A DNA stretch of 64,000 nt from Camelus ferus. Lineage: Eukaryota. The position numbers were made by a program, and so were the translations under genes. Position 1 is the first letter of the stretch. Every line of letters starts with the position of its first letter. The notes beneath the pieces are model-generated. The model saw only the letters and a list, made by a program, of their open reading frames with translations. It made no database searches and was not told the DNA's origin. Below are positions 1-13,596 of this stretch, in pieces. The stretch spans positions 104,472,001-104,536,000 of the forward strand of contig NC_045697.1 in the NCBI RefSeq assembly GCF_009834535.1, read 5' to 3'.

Positions 1-117
1 ATGCTGGCACCCCAATCTCAGACTTCCATCCTCCAGAATTATGGGAAATAAATTTCTGTGTCTACAAGCCACCCAGTTTATAGCCTTTTGTTATAGCAGC
101 CCCAGTTCAGTAAGACA
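1..117 (+). mobile_element. 3' end of MaLR LTR (MLT1 type)
   Basis: ctggcaccc..cagacttcc..cctccagaa..AATAAAtttctg..aagccacccagttt..ttgttatagcagccc..taagaca is the typical MLT1 LTR end. Confidence 0.8.
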
Positions 118-189
118 TACACATATATGTACAGATACACATGAAGTAACTCAGAGAAAGTGCTTCTCTAAGGAAGTAAAGTAATGGGG

Positions 190-682
190 CTGTGTAGATT
201 ACAGGTACTGACGGCCACAACAGTTCGTCCCATCCCTGTAAGCTAGCACTCAGCAGTGTGACTTTGTCACTCCCTCATCAAAAAGTGGAGTAAATTTCTC
301 CCTCCCTTGAATATGAGCTGGCCCTGTGACCAGCTGAGACCAATAGTAGTGATGTGTGTGACTTCCTCACCTGGACTTCCAGAAGCCTTGCAGCTTCTGC
401 GCTCATGTTCTATTTATAGCACTGCCAGCACCTGCAGAAGCACACGCTGGTCTTCTCAAGGATCAGCACTAACAGCCAGGCAATTTAGATCATCCTGCTG
501 TAGTCAAGACAGAAGATAACCACAGCTGCTTGAGTGACCCCAGGAGAGGCCAGAACAACTGCCCAAATGTGAGCAACCAAAATTGATAACCATCGGGATC
601 ATGAGGTTAATAAATGGTGGTTTTAAGCCACCATTTGCAGTGAGCTTTGAGGTGGCTTGTTATACAGCAAAAGCTGACATAA
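190..682 (+). mobile_element. MaLR solo LTR (MLT1F/G/H-like)
   Basis: gtgtgactttg..cctcatcaa..gtggagt..cctcccttgaat..gagctggcc; ends with aataaatggtggttttaagcca..gcttgttatacagcaa. Confidence 0.7.
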
Positions 683-1239
683 GATTCAAGGTATATAATT
701 TTCTCATCTAACACCAGAACAAAATGGAAAGATCAAGGGAATTATGGTTGTTCACCCTGCATTTCCCAAAGTCCTTTCAGAAATTCTGAGAAAGGGAGAT
801 GGAGCCTTGACATAGAACAGGTCCATTTTCACTTCTTGGGTAGAATAGGCTTTAAAGTTTCTTTCTCTAAAATAAGTGCTCTTAATCTGACTTTAAGAAG
901 GGGCGTGGTCCTAGTTCAAGTAGAGAATTCCTGGTAGCAGCCCAGTGTACACACAGTTCCTGCTCATGATGGCAGGAAATGTACTGGCCTACATCTCCCA
1001 GGATAGTCCTGAGTTCATCAAACTATGTGTTACTAGGGCAAGTCTTCTGATCTGCGGTTGGAACAATACGAATACTATGTCCGTATACTTTGGATACCAT
1101 AATTAGCAAGTTAGACATTTTGTTGAGACGTTTCCAAAACTCATCCTGTATTCTCACCAGACAAACCCTTGACTTTTCACAAAAGCATATTATTCTTTTA
1201 ATGCACACAGATTTAAAAGCATGGCCATTAAAGTACAAG

Positions 1240-2210
1240 GCCATCACTGCTATTGAAGGCATCAGCAGTGTGCCAAGAGTAGAAATAGAGAAACCAAAAA
1301 CAGTATCCATTCTAACGGTCCAAATCAGATGACGATGGATTAGAGTACTGGCAGTAGAGGCTGGGGAAAAGGATGAATTCAAAATTTGTTTTGGGAGTAG
1401 AAATGACAGGACTCAAGATATAATTGTGAAAAAAAAGAGGAAACAACAGCACATCCAAGTACACACATCAAAAGTGTATACAGTTGGATAGATGGGTTCA
1501 GAGTATGGATGGAAAAAATTTAACAGGAGAATCTGAGTTTGAGAATTGTCTGCAAATGGGTGATACTTAAAACCATGGAATGATGAGAGTTCCTAAGTAG
1601 AGACTGTGGATGGGGAAGGAAAGAGGACCAAGACCTGAGCCCTAGGGAGCCCCTGCATGTAGAAGTCAGGAAGCGAGAAGAGCCTATGAAGGCAACTAAT
1701 AAAGAAGTAGAGGAAAACCAGAGTGCACCATCACAGACACCACAAGATGCAAGGATTATAAAATAATCCAGACAGACGACTGGCTGTACACAGTTGAAAG
1801 ATCAAATAAAACAAGAACATATTCCATCTCATTAGATTCGGCAACATCGAGGCTATTGATGATCTTGACAAAAACGTTGTCAGTGAAGTTTGCTGGATTG
1901 GAACCAATCTGGAAGGGGTTGTAGAACAAACAGAAGGTGAAGAGCTAGAGGCACCCCATAGAAATAACTTTATAAGTGGCTTGTAAAGGGGGCCAGAGAA
2001 ATGAGATGGTAACTAGGAGAGATTGAAGACTCCAGAGGAAGCTTGGGGTTTTTTGTTTGTTTTGTATTTTAGATTGAGATACACAGTTTGTTTGCTTCTG
2101 GGAATGAGGCAGTAGAGATGGAACTATTGATAATGCAGGAGAGAAGAAAAATAAACAAAGGAGAAAAGTCCTTACAAGAGGATGGCATCCAGAGCTGATG
2201 GGCAAGTTTG
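1240..2210 (-). mobile_element. L2 LINE fragment
   Basis: Purine-rich antisense L2 motifs (gtagaaatgacaggact, accaagacctgagccctaggga, gatcttgacaaaaacgttgtcagtg). Confidence 0.7.
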
Positions 2211-2213
2211 ACA

Positions 2214-2330
2214 TTTTATTTTTTTGAGTGGGAAGGTAATTAGATTTACTTTTAATGGAGGTACTGGGGATTGAACCCAGGACCTCATGCATGCTAAGCA
2301 TGTGCTCTACCACTGAGCTATACCCTCCCC
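2214..2330 (-). mobile_element. Camelid tRNA-Ala-derived SINE (Vic-1 type)
   Basis: Minus strand reads ggggagggtatagctcagtggtagagcacatgcttagcatgcatgaggtcctgggttcaatccccagtacctcc followed by an A-rich tail; A and B boxes present. Confidence 0.9.
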
Positions 2331-2389
2331 TCCTCCAAATCAGTTTTTAACTGAAAGGCCACACTAAGATGTATATGAAATTGTCTATA

Positions 2390-2543
2390 TATTGACTGAA
2401 GATCAGCGTCCATCTGAGAGCTTGTTAGAAGTGCAAACTCTCAGGCCCCACCCAGACCGTCTGGTGGCTGAGCCCAGGACTTTGCATGTTAAGCATCTCT
2501 TTAGGAGATGCTGATGCGTGCTGAAATGTGAGAAGCCCTGCTG
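2390..2543. mobile_element. MER5A-like hAT-Charlie MITE
   Basis: gagcttgttagaagtgcaaactctcaggccccacccagacc..tttgcatgttaa..gatgctgatgc..tgagaagccctgct. Confidence 0.75.
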
Positions 2544-2709
2544 TAAGTGTCACAGCACCTCTCCCTTCCTGCCTGCTCAGAACACTGACTCTGCCAGCTG
2601 AGTTTCAAGGCCTTTGTTATGCACAACTGGGTTAATGAAGAGGATTTAGACCAGGGTGATTGGTTAAGGTTTGGAAAAATATTGAGAGAATGAAGGACAA
2701 AAAAGTCAT

Positions 2710-3638
2710 CGGTCTCCTGCCCTGTCTCTCTCCAGTGCCCTTTCCACCCCTTGAAACAAACACGTTTTACTATTTTAGCTATATCATATGGTATTTGCCT
2801 TCATGTTCTAAATGACATAATACTGTACTTTTTTCTCTATTTTAGATAATATCTATTTTTTTTCCTCTGTAAGTAATGTGAATTTAGCTCCTTACACCAC
2901 ACCTCACAGATGTTCTCTCTCCTAATTTTCAGAATAGTTTTATTACTTTTGGATAAATCAATATTTCATATTTTTATCCTGACTCTACAACTATTATTCA
3001 TCAGTCAAGTAGTATATTATGATTGTATTTCCCTTGCTTGAGTAATTGTATACTATTCTCGGACTAAATTGCTTCTTTTTCACTTACCTTTCTTTTTTGA
3101 GGATCTCACTAAATCTTCCCGTACTCTTCAGTAACCCTCCATTCAACTTTCTATTTGGTCAAAACTGGAATATATATCTATCAGTTCCATTTTCTTTCTG
3201 GAAACACCCTCTCCCAAGCCCTTCATAATCCTGTTCAAGATGCCCCAGGTCGTCAGGATTTTTCCTTCTCCTCTTTCCCAAGCTGGATCCCTTATGTCCT
3301 GGATCCTGGATCTCACTCTTTCTTGATGCAACCCCTTGTTTTATAGGAATGCATCCCTCTATAGCTTTCTGAGAAAATGTGGAGGAGATTTTAAAATAGT
3401 TAAAAAAAAAAAGGGACCTCATTTATTTGAAAATATCTTTATGTTAATTTCACACTGGATTGGTCATTTGATGAGGTACAGATTTCTAGACTGGAAATCA
3501 TTCTTCTCAGAAATTTGAAGCATTACACCAATGACTAATAGCGTTCCATCTTGCAGTTGAGAGGCTGGATGCCATTCTTAGTTCAGATCCTCGTATGTGG
3601 CCTGCTTCTGTTTTGATTTTCTCTCTGGAAGCTTTTAC
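2710..3638 (-). mobile_element. HAL1/old L1 ORF1-type element, left part (split by a younger L1)
   Basis: Reverse complement resembles the + strand element at 14.8-16.1 kb; the sequence resumes at about 5640 after the L1 insertion. Confidence 0.6.
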
Positions 3639-5610
3639 AATGCCCACTGCCACCACTTTTATTCAACACAGTATCCTAGCTAGAGCAATTAGGCAAGAAA
3701 AAGAAATAAAAGGCACCCAAACTGGAAAGGAAGAAATAAAACTGTCACTATTTGCAGATGACATATTAAATATAGAAGACTCTAAAAGACTTCATCATTA
3801 GAACTAAAAAATAACTTCACTAAAATGGCAGGATACAAATTCAATACACAAGAGTCTGTTGCATTTCTACACACTAACAACAAACTATCAGAAAGAGAAA
3901 TTATGAAAACAATCCCATATAACAATTGCATCAAAAATAATAAAATACCTAGGAATAAATTTAATAATGGAGGTTAAAGACCTGTATATTGAAAACTACA
4001 AGACTTCAATGAAAGAAATCAAAGAAGACATAAATATATGGAAACATATTCCATGCTCATGGATTGGAAGAATCAAATTGTTAAAATGTCCATACTACTT
4101 AAAGCAATCTCCAGATTCAATGCAATCTCTATCAAGATTCCAATGGCATTTTTCAAAGGAAATAGAACAAATAATCCCAAAATTTGTGTGGAACCACACA
4201 AAAAAAAGTCAAATCATTCTTGGGAAAGAACAACAAACCTAGAGGCATCATGCTCCTTGATTTCAAACTAAATTACAAAACTGTATTAGTTGAAACAGTA
4301 TGGTATTGGCATAAAAACCAACACATAGATCAATGGAACAGAATAGGGAACTCAGAAATAAACCCATGCATATACAGAGTATTAATTTACAACAAAGGAG
4401 GCAAAAAAGACAAAGGAGAAAGGATAGTCTCTCCAATAAACGGTGTTGGGAAAACTAGACAGCAACACAGCCACATGTAAAAGAATGAAACTAAACCACT
4501 GTCTTACACCATACACAAAAATTAACTCAAAATGGATTAAAGACTTGAAACATAAGATCTGAAACCCTTGAAACTCCTAGAAAAAAAAACATAGGTAGTA
4601 AACTTCTTGATATAGGTCTTGGTGATCGTTTTAAAAATCTGACAACAAAAGAAAAAGCAACAAAAGCAAAAATAAATGCGCCACTACATCATTCTAAAAA
4701 GCATCTGCATAGCAAAGAAAACCATAAATAAAATGAAAAGCAACATACTGAGTGGGGTAAAATATTTGTAAATTATACATCTGATAAGAGGTCAATATCC
4801 CAATTACATAAAGAACTCATACAACTCAACATCAAAAAACAAACAACCCAATTAAAAAATGGGCAGAGGACCTGAATAGATATTTTTCCAAAGACACACA
4901 GATGGCCAACATTTACATAAAAAGATGTTCAGTATCATTAACCATCAGAGAAATGCAAATCAAAACCACAATGAGGTATCTTCTCATACCTACTATAATA
5001 TCTATTATCAAAAAGACAAGAAACATGTTGGAGAGGACATTGAGAAAAGGGAACATTTATGCACTTCTGGTGGGAATATAAATTGATGCAGCCACTATGG
5101 AAACCAGTATGCAGGTTCCTCAAAAAATTAAACATAGAACTATTATATGATCCAGCAATTGAACTTCAGGGTGTTTATCCAAAGGAAACAAAAACATTAA
5201 CTCAAAAAGATATATGTATCGCCATGTTTATTGCAGCACTAAGATGCGGAAACAATCTAAGTGTTCAATCATGGATAAAGAAATTGTGGTATATATACAA
5301 CAGAGTATTATTCAGCCATGACAAATAACAAAGTCTTGCCATTTGCAACAACATGGTTGGACCTCAAGGGCATTATGCCAAGTGAAATAAGTCAGACAGA
5401 GAAATACAAATACTGTATGATCTCTTATATGTGCAATCTCCAAACACAAACACACACACACACACACACACAAACCTCAAGCTCTTAAATACAGAGAATA
5501 ACTGATTGGTGGTTGCCAGAGGAGGTTGGAAGGTGGGAGATATGGATGAAGGGGGTCAAAAAGTAAAAAGAAAAAAGAAATAAATTTTAAATAATTAACT
5601 TAAAATTTTA
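3639..5610 (+). mobile_element. 5'-truncated L1 (ORF2 RT C-terminal part to 3' end), disrupted
   Basis: ORFs [47 protein letters not shown]; many stops and frameshifts; A-rich tail. Confidence 0.95.
5445..5472. repeat. (CA)n microsatellite
   Basis: Direct CA repeat inside the L1 3' UTR. Confidence 0.9.
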
Positions 5611-5639
5611 AAAATACATATATTTAAATATCATCACAT

Positions 5640-6200
5640 GAATTTTATATCCATATTTCTAAAATTTCATGATCATATGCCCTTGAGTAGTTCTTTTTTC
5701 CAATCATATTTGATATTCAATGGTCTTTTGCATCAAAAAACTCATGTCCTTTGATTCTGAAATTTTCTGTATAAACCTTTGATAATATTTCCCTCCATTT
5801 TCTTGTTCCCTCTTTCTGGAATGCCTATTATTTAAATGTTAGGTTTCTATTACCCTCATATTGTCTTATCTTTCTCTCCCAATTTTCACTCCTGGCTTTT
5901 GTTCTACCTTCTAGAAGTCCTCAAATTTATCCTCTAAATCTTCTATTGAATTGTTTTTACTGCCTCATTTTTATTTTCCATGAGAGTCAGTTCCCTAATA
6001 AATACTTTTAAGAGGCTCTTATTTTGTTTAATACATATAAATTATATTATCTTTCCTAGGATATTAATCTCTTTTTTTCACATTTATTTTGTGAGCCCCA
6101 CAATGAATTCTGTCCCCTCACTTTTTTTTCTATTTGTTGTTCTGGTTCCTGTCTTAAAATTACCTTTCCTCTTGGTTAGCTCTTTATACTTAAAGGTCAG
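5640..6200 (-). mobile_element. HAL1/old L1 ORF1-type element, right part
   Basis: aaatttcatgat..ctcatgtcctt..tttgataatatttccctccattttct..ctttctggaatgcctatt continues the segment left of the L1. Confidence 0.6.
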
Positions 6201-9200
6201 CTACCAAATCCTTACTGGAAGCTCCGTGTGCGTGGTTTGTCCAGTGATGGTCTCCACAGTAGGATGCCAGGCAGATACGTAGGTCTTACAGTGTGTCTGA
6301 CTCCTTCCCCAACGCTCCCACCAGTGTCCTGGGTACAGAGCAGGGAATGAAGTCAGGGGAGTCTGATGGTCAAAATGTAGACTGTCATTTAATCCTGTTT
6401 CCATCCAGCCTCAGTCGCTTCTTTGATTGCCAATGAGCACAATTTTATCTGTCATAGTTTCATGTCTTGATTTGTCCTTAGCAAAACTTGGTCACTATCA
6501 ATGTGAAAACTGTGGAGTTAGGGCAGGCCTGGGAGCATTATCATGGGGTGAAAGGGAAAACATGCCAGAGGGCATCCTAAGTTCATTCCAACCCTATTTG
6601 GGAGAAGAAGAGGAGCCAGGATGTAGGGGCAGCAGAAGAGGGTGGCGTGCAGGTGGCTTGGGGTGAGAAGGCACCATTCTGCCAACTTTTAGATTTGTCC
6701 TCATCCACTCACTTCTAATAGACAGAACACTTGAACTTTCATTCTCTCTACCTCCTGCTATCTTGCTTTCTCTCTTAGGGCAGTCAAGTGGCAGGGAAGG
6801 CAAGCCTAACTCAGGGAGTTTATTGCATAGGAATGAACCCATCTGGTGATCTCCTGTGAACAGAAGTGTTTGCTGGCTGCACCATCACATACACACCCAG
6901 ACAGTTTATCACGTACATACAGTTTAGAAATTCTGCTTGTGATCTTCATGTTTCATGGACCCAGATAGGGTCATCGAATGATATCATCATAACAGCTATC
7001 ACTAGTGTATAAATGCAGTGCAGTTTTAACAGGCGTAATAAACCGTATGTATTTCAACCATAAAAAGGAATTTTCCCACCCCTCCTCCTATTTCTCTTGG
7101 AACATCAGCAAATTGAGTTGCAGGGGAAGTATAATGAAAAGATTTTTAAGTCATCCTGCAGACATGAAGACATGGGAAGTTGGCTATGAAATTACATCTG
7201 GGTATTTTCGCTTATTCCCTGTTCAAACCCTGTCCAAAATTTCTCTATGAAATAGGAAACTTTCTTTCCCCCTTCCTTGCCTCTGCACTCTCCAAGTCTC
7301 AAGCTAGCTGACCTTTTATTAACTCTCTTCCTCACTTCCCAGCCTACCCCCTAAAATACTTTGCAGCAGTAGAGACTCATTCTTCATTGCTTGAACAGTT
7401 AAAAAAGAAAAAAGAAAAAAAAAATGAGTCCATAACAAAGAGTTTCCTACCACTGCCAAGATATACTGTGATCAATCACCAAAAGCAGGGACGTATTCCA
7501 AGAGAGTAAGTATCAGCAGTTTTAGAGAAAACCAAGATGCATAACCAAATAAATATAGCGTATACCTAGGGGTACAGAATCAGATGTGCAGCATAAAAAG
7601 CAGATGACATCTTAGGAGTCATTGATTAAACCCCAAACCAGAGTTCTTATGGTATTTTAAGAGGAAACACCACGAGCTGTTTTCCCTTGCTTTTCTTTTT
7701 CTTTCACTTTTTCCTTCCCTCCTATTCGTCTCAGGATTGAAGGGTGAGGAGCGGTAAGAATAGTAATGATGATGTGGATTATACGCAAAGCACATACACT
7801 GTAGAAGGTGGGATATGGTTTTCACCTAGAATATCCCGTTTCTTTCTCTCCTTAGACTTTGAGAACAAAAAGTATGGTCTATCTGTCAGCCTTTGTTCTG
7901 CATCTTGAGCGTAACACGTGGCCCTACAATCTGGAGTATCTTACATGCTTGATATGAAAGCGTTCAAAGCAAGACTTGTTTAAAGATATGTGAGGGGGTC
8001 AAGACTGAAGTATCCAAAGGGACTCAAGAGCGTGAACTAAGTTCATAAATGTTTAAGGGAGCCTGGACTTGAGCTTTCCCATAGAACAAGGGGAAGGGAA
8101 AGAGAAGTCAAATAAATTCCAGCTAGATAAGCAGTCTGGGTAAAGGACAAGAAGAGTGGGAGAGGGAGGAGGGTAGAAGAAAGGAGATCATAAAGCCAGG
8201 AAAGGGAAAGGTTCATTAAACTTGAGTTTGAAAGGAAACTGTACAAACAGTTAATAAAGAGAGATCAAAACCGGGAGAGGGGGGGGTGTTCCCAGGACCC
8301 TGGGCAAGTCAGCATCTGGCAGCGGGCTGCATAATGGTAATGTGAACCAAGCAGATACAGAAAAGTGGATAGAGAATTTGAGACGGTTTGAGACAGGCAC
8401 TTTCTGTTGCAGCATCCCTGAAATGGTGAGAGATGCTAATAGCTGAATCTTCAACTAAAAAAACAAAAAACAAAAGACTCCATCCTGCACAATGGCGGCT
8501 GGGTTATAAGCACCGTTCACAAAAGAACTAAACGCTCTTTTAGGAAATGTAGCTAATGAGATGAAAGAACGATATAGTCCAGATTGTATTGTCATTCTTG
8601 ACCCACTCAACTTGTTCTTATTTCCCCTCTGTCGCCAGCAGCTCACTCTTGGCATTCATCAGTAGGATATGAGCACATGCAAAGGTTTGTAGCCAGAATC
8701 TGCAGAAAACCCCAAAATGCCACATTAAAAAATTCTCATCGGAATTCTTTGCAAAATGCACAAACAGGCATTGGATGTAAAGCGAATGGACATAGGGAAG
8801 ATTCACTACATACGCCACTCTTCTCTCTGCAGGAAATGATAGTCCAATATCAACAACGTGTCCTGCAGGCTGACCCCTCAGTCACAGGCGTCCAGCTGCT
8901 CTTGTTAACAACAAAGGCATGATTTATCTCTCAAGGATGTAAAGGAATGAAAGACATAACCGAGAAAGTTATGGCTTAAGCAGATGGGATTGATCCCTTG
9001 GGACAATGACTTTCCCAACATTTATATCCTCTCCTCTGTATGTTCTGGTATCAAGCCATATCTCAGGATTGTTCTCGTGTTAAATGCCTCATCACTATCC
9101 TGATATTTTACTTTTTTCAGGCTAGTGCTTTCTGTAGCTAGCAATTCATTAATTAAATTGCCTTCATTTGCAAAGCAAACATGATTTTGGCCAGAGCAAG

Positions 9201-10009
9201 ATTTATTTTGTTTGATTGTATATTTGTTTTCTTAGGCATATATTAATTTGCATAGGTGAAGCCGTATTTCTAAACAGGCTGAATAATTTTTCTGAAGCAC
9301 AATTCTCAGGCTTGCCTTTCCATGCCTGTCCAAACCACCCCCCCAAAAAAGGTCAACTGTGATCTAATTTCTGCTTGAGGAAGCAGATGGATGCAGGAAA
9401 CAGGAAATTGGATTCATCCACATTAAAAGTCCACACCCAAAGATCCAAATGATAGAAAAGCCAGTATTTTTATCTCTTCTTTGACGAATCATTGTCAGAT
9501 GCCTTTCTCCTAACTTACTACAATGCCTCTTTTCAGAATTCAAACAGCCAAAAAGTTCAGATAACTGGAACTTTTCTTCTATATTTTAGCTTTGTATAAA
9601 AAAGACTAAACAAATAATGGATATCAGAGACTTGGAGGTTTGTTGTTATTATGCTGTTGTTTTTCTACTTAGAGTAGGTCATAGAATCTCAGACTAATCA
9701 CCTACATCTTATCCCCTTATGATAATAATAGTATTTATGTTCAACCATAATTATACTGAGGCTCTTCATGACAGGAACCATCAAAGGAAGAACAAATTCA
9801 TTTTAATGCTATGTGTACACACTTTATTTGAAAAATTTTTAAACTGGAGATTGATACAGCTCTCAATTAACTATAACATTTTCTTAATGAGGACACTTTC
9901 ATGTATATACATCTTTATAAGTGGGAAAAGTACTCTAAATTCAGTAATAAACACACACATATGCAAAATAGTTTTTATCAGGAAAGTAAATTCTGTGGAG
10001 AAGATGGAA

Positions 10010-10325
10010 TTTCAATGACCCTATCAGTCAAAGAAGCTAGTCATAAAAGACTGTATGTATATGGAAAGTCCAGAACAGGCAAATCCATAGAAACAAAAAG
10101 CAGATTAGTGGTTGTCTAGGGCTGGGTAATGGGGGATGGGAAGGGTGGGGGAAGTGACTGCTAATGGATATGGGATTTGTGGGGGGGCTGCTGATGATAA
10201 TAATATAAATTTGGATTGTGGTGATGGCTGCACAACTGTGAATATAATTTAAAAATCACTGAAATGTACACTTTAAATCAGCAAAATGTATGGCACGCTA
10301 TATCTCCAAAAAACATTTTTTCAAA
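10010..10325 (+). mobile_element. L1MB-like 3' UTR fragment
   Basis: gtccagaacaggcaaatccatagaaacaaaaagcagattagtggttg..gtggtgatggctgcacaactgtgaatat. Confidence 0.85.
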
Positions 10326-11694
10326 ATACCCTCTCAGAGGTGGTTTCCCGGAGCTGCCCAGCACAAGGGTGGGTCAATAAAATCCAACCAGGAGCAGCAA
10401 ACCTTTGGGTGAATCTCCTTTCCCTCACCCTTTCCTCCTCTTTCTTTGTCAGTGATATTGGACTAATCTCTGTTTCCTTCTCTGCTTCCATCCCACTGAC
10501 TTGGAGTTGTACTTCGCCATCTGTTCACTAACCTGGCTTTCAATTACTGCCCCTCCTGAGAATAACATCAAGTGCTCTTTGTAGAATGTCCACTGATGGA
10601 AACCCTGCCTTCTGGATCTCATGGGAAGTCTGACACCTGAGCCCATTCTGCCATTCTCGACCAGAACTCCTAGACTCTGCTAAGTTTCCACTGTTTTCAA
10701 ATCCCAACCTCAGTCTTCTCTCAGAGATGTTAAGTTAGAACCAAAATAGGGGTTCTGATCCACGCCAGGCCAGGCGCCTCAAGAAGGTTTTGCTAGAGCT
10801 ATGGCAGTCACGTAGATCTAAATGAAATGTTATGAAATATACAGACACTCACGTTGGAGAGCACCCAACTTCTTTTTAGCCATTCAACTGACCTGGATAT
10901 TAGTGGGTTTTCCATTTGGACTGGACCATCCTGTCCCCACTCAGGATGCAGGTTACAGAACAGAATGCTGGGAAATTCACAGCAATTCTATCTGGCCCCC
11001 AGCATAAAGATGCCCCCCCCCCAGTCATCATATTTAAGTGAGCCCTGGAAGCACCTCTTCAAATAATCATCATTTACTTAATGTCCATGCTTTGCATTCA
11101 AAGAAAGAGGGAAAGTCCTATCTGAAAGAGCTTATCTGGTCTCATGGAAGGATAGAAATCAGTCATGTGGTTTCCTTGAGTTGTTCAGCTTTTCCCAATT
11201 TCCCCTACCCCATAGTGAGAGCTCTTTGACTTCCTCTGCAGATTCTCTTCAAGAAGTGGTGCCTAAGGGCACAGCTGAATCACTGAGTTGTCCTGTGGTC
11301 TGATTCCCTGAAGCTTTAGATTTTGATTTGAAGAAATTGTTTGAAAGCACTAATATCCTTCCTCTCACCACTGGCAAATGGCAAAGTTTTCACATCCTGA
11401 TAGCAATGCTTTCGTAAGTGAGAAATATAAGAATCAATTTGTCCATTATTCCATTATTCTGCCCAAACACTTAATAATTAAGGATAGACCAGAATACTTT
11501 GATTAACAACCTGGAAGTGTGTTTTTTTCCTTTGTTTGTATTCTTAAAGTTGATTTTGAAGTTGATGAGCTCCCTACAGCCTAAGAAAAATTCTTTGAAG
11601 CAGCTACCTGGGAAGTTGTCACAATCTGAATGAATGGTGCACTCAAAGTGAAACAGAAATTTCTTCAAAGCAATTTCAGTTTCATGTAACTTAA

Positions 11695-11895
11695 AATCTT
11701 AGAAATAATTTAGTAAAAAAAAAAAGATAATTTAGTACAACTCCGTCACCTGCAGATAACAAAAGTTAAGACCCAGTGAAGAGAAATGACTTAGTCCAAG
11801 TTCCTAAAGTTAAATACATGACAAAATGAGGGCTGGGGAAAAAAAACAAATCCTAGGCTCTTGAAACTGGACTTTCTTTTATTCCACGATCAGGC
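11695..11895 (-). mobile_element. MIR SINE
   Basis: tagtacaactcc..cagataacaaaagttaagacccag..tgacttagtccaagtt resembles the antisense MIR core. Confidence 0.55.
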
Positions 11896-12729
11896 ACTAA
11901 TTTATGATGATGAGCGCTTTATGAAATTTACACTTGACTCAAAAACTCAGGTTGAGGGGTTGGGTGCCAGGAGAGAATTTGGAAGGGATGGAGAAGAATG
12001 AGAGGATCAAACAGCATCTTTTTTTTCTGACTCCATGCAACGATTAGAACAGAGAATATTAGGAAGACTGTTACCTATCTCCCTGAATTAAAAATAGCAA
12101 AGGCCACCTGGCAGCTAAAGAAGCTGAAAAACACTGCCCAACATGCAATTCCTGGACACAGCAAGCCCGCAGCCTACTACATCAGGACAGAGACAAGCTC
12201 AAAACAAGTCGCAGCACATGCCAGCCTTAAACAGTTGCAGTCATGTCTTATCTCTGACTATTATTCTCTTACACCAAAATAATAACAGCAATTATATGCA
12301 CCTTTATAGATAAATGCAAATTCATCCTCAAAGGATCATCTAATATAAAGGAAATAAAGAAAGAATTGCAAGGAAGAAATAAAATACACTACCTTTCATT
12401 AGAGTTACCTCCTGAGTTTCCTTCGATTTAACCTAATTTCTCTTGTAGGCCTATTAGAAAATCACTTTCTTCTCTGGGTAGAAATTGTCTATAGCTGTGT
12501 TTTGGAAATGAGCTATTTCTGGCATTGCTGATCTGTTATTCTGCCGAGCACTTTTGCAGGGGCAGAGGGCAGCTGAGTGAATCACAGAGACTCTTAGGAG
12601 GAAAGTAGATCTCTTTGTCTGAACAGTTATTGGTCTCCCTGGAGGTGCTCCTCTGAATTGAAAGAGAACCTTTTAGGCAGGTTCAGCACAAGGCAGGTGG
12701 TTTCATATCATAAAGACAATGCCTTCCGG

Positions 12730-12910
12730 TGATTAGTACAGCCCTTGAGTTACATTTTGGTTCCCTGATTACTAGCTTGGTGACGTGGGGTAAGTTGCTG
12801 AACTTCTCCAGGAAATGAGGCCAGCCGTACTGATGCCACTGGGTTCTTGTGAACAGTCAGTGAAGGAAATACACGATTGTACCTAGCCCAGAGCTCATGC
12901 GGGTTATGTC
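12730..12910 (+). mobile_element. MIR SINE
   Basis: ttactagcttggtgacgtggggtaagttgctgaacttctc..gggttcttgtgaacagtcagtga. Confidence 0.6.
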
Positions 12911-13111
12911 GACACTCTGTAACAAACGGTTCTCTTCCCTTTTCTTAGCTAAGGGAATGGAAGTCTGGCTGTACTGCTAGAAGGAAAAGCTGCACCATCA
13001 ATCAGCTCCACTGGGGCCACAAGGAAAGCCTGGGCCCAAGCAGCAGCTCAGGAAATTGGTGAGGGAGCCTGTTTAGCCAACATCAGAACCACAATTCCTA
13101 ATGGTCTAGAC

Positions 13112-13261
13112 CAGTGCAGTTCAAAGTGCAGACCGTAGTCCAACAGTTTCAGTTTCTTCCCAGACCTTCTAAATGTGGATCTCTGTGGGTGGCTCCAGGA
13201 ATCTGTGATTCTGCCAGCTCTCCAGGTGATTCTTTTGCTCTCTCAAATTTGAAAAGCACTG
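13112..13261. mobile_element. MER5B/MER5-like MITE
   Basis: cagtg...cactg termini flanked by ggtctaga/gtctagg; internal ccaggaatctg..tccaggtgattct..aatttgaaaagcactg. Confidence 0.7.
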
Positions 13262-13448
13262 GTCTAGGGAAAGTGTTACCAGCAAACCTGAAAAAAAAAA
13301 AAAAAAAAAAACAGGAAAACACAAACCAGGGAAACAATGATTTTCAGGGGCTCGAGTCAAAGAGATTTTAAGGAAAGATGGAAGAGACAACTGATGGGAA
13401 GGTTCTGGGGAAAGCCTTTAGAGATCACAGGACAAATTTTACAAATGC

Positions 13449-13596
13449 AGCAGTTGGGAGCGGGGGTATAGCTCTATGGTAGAGCGTATACTTAGTATGC
13501 ATGAGGTCATGGGTTCAATCCCCAGTACTTCCACTAAAAACAAACAAACAAACAAACCTAATTACCTCCCCCCCAAAAATTAAAAATTTTTTTAAA
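13449..13596 (+). mobile_element. Camelid tRNA-derived SINE with 15-bp TSD
   Basis: SINE head plus (CAAA)n tail; TSD aaattttacaaatgc at 13434-13448 and 13597-13611. Confidence 0.92.
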
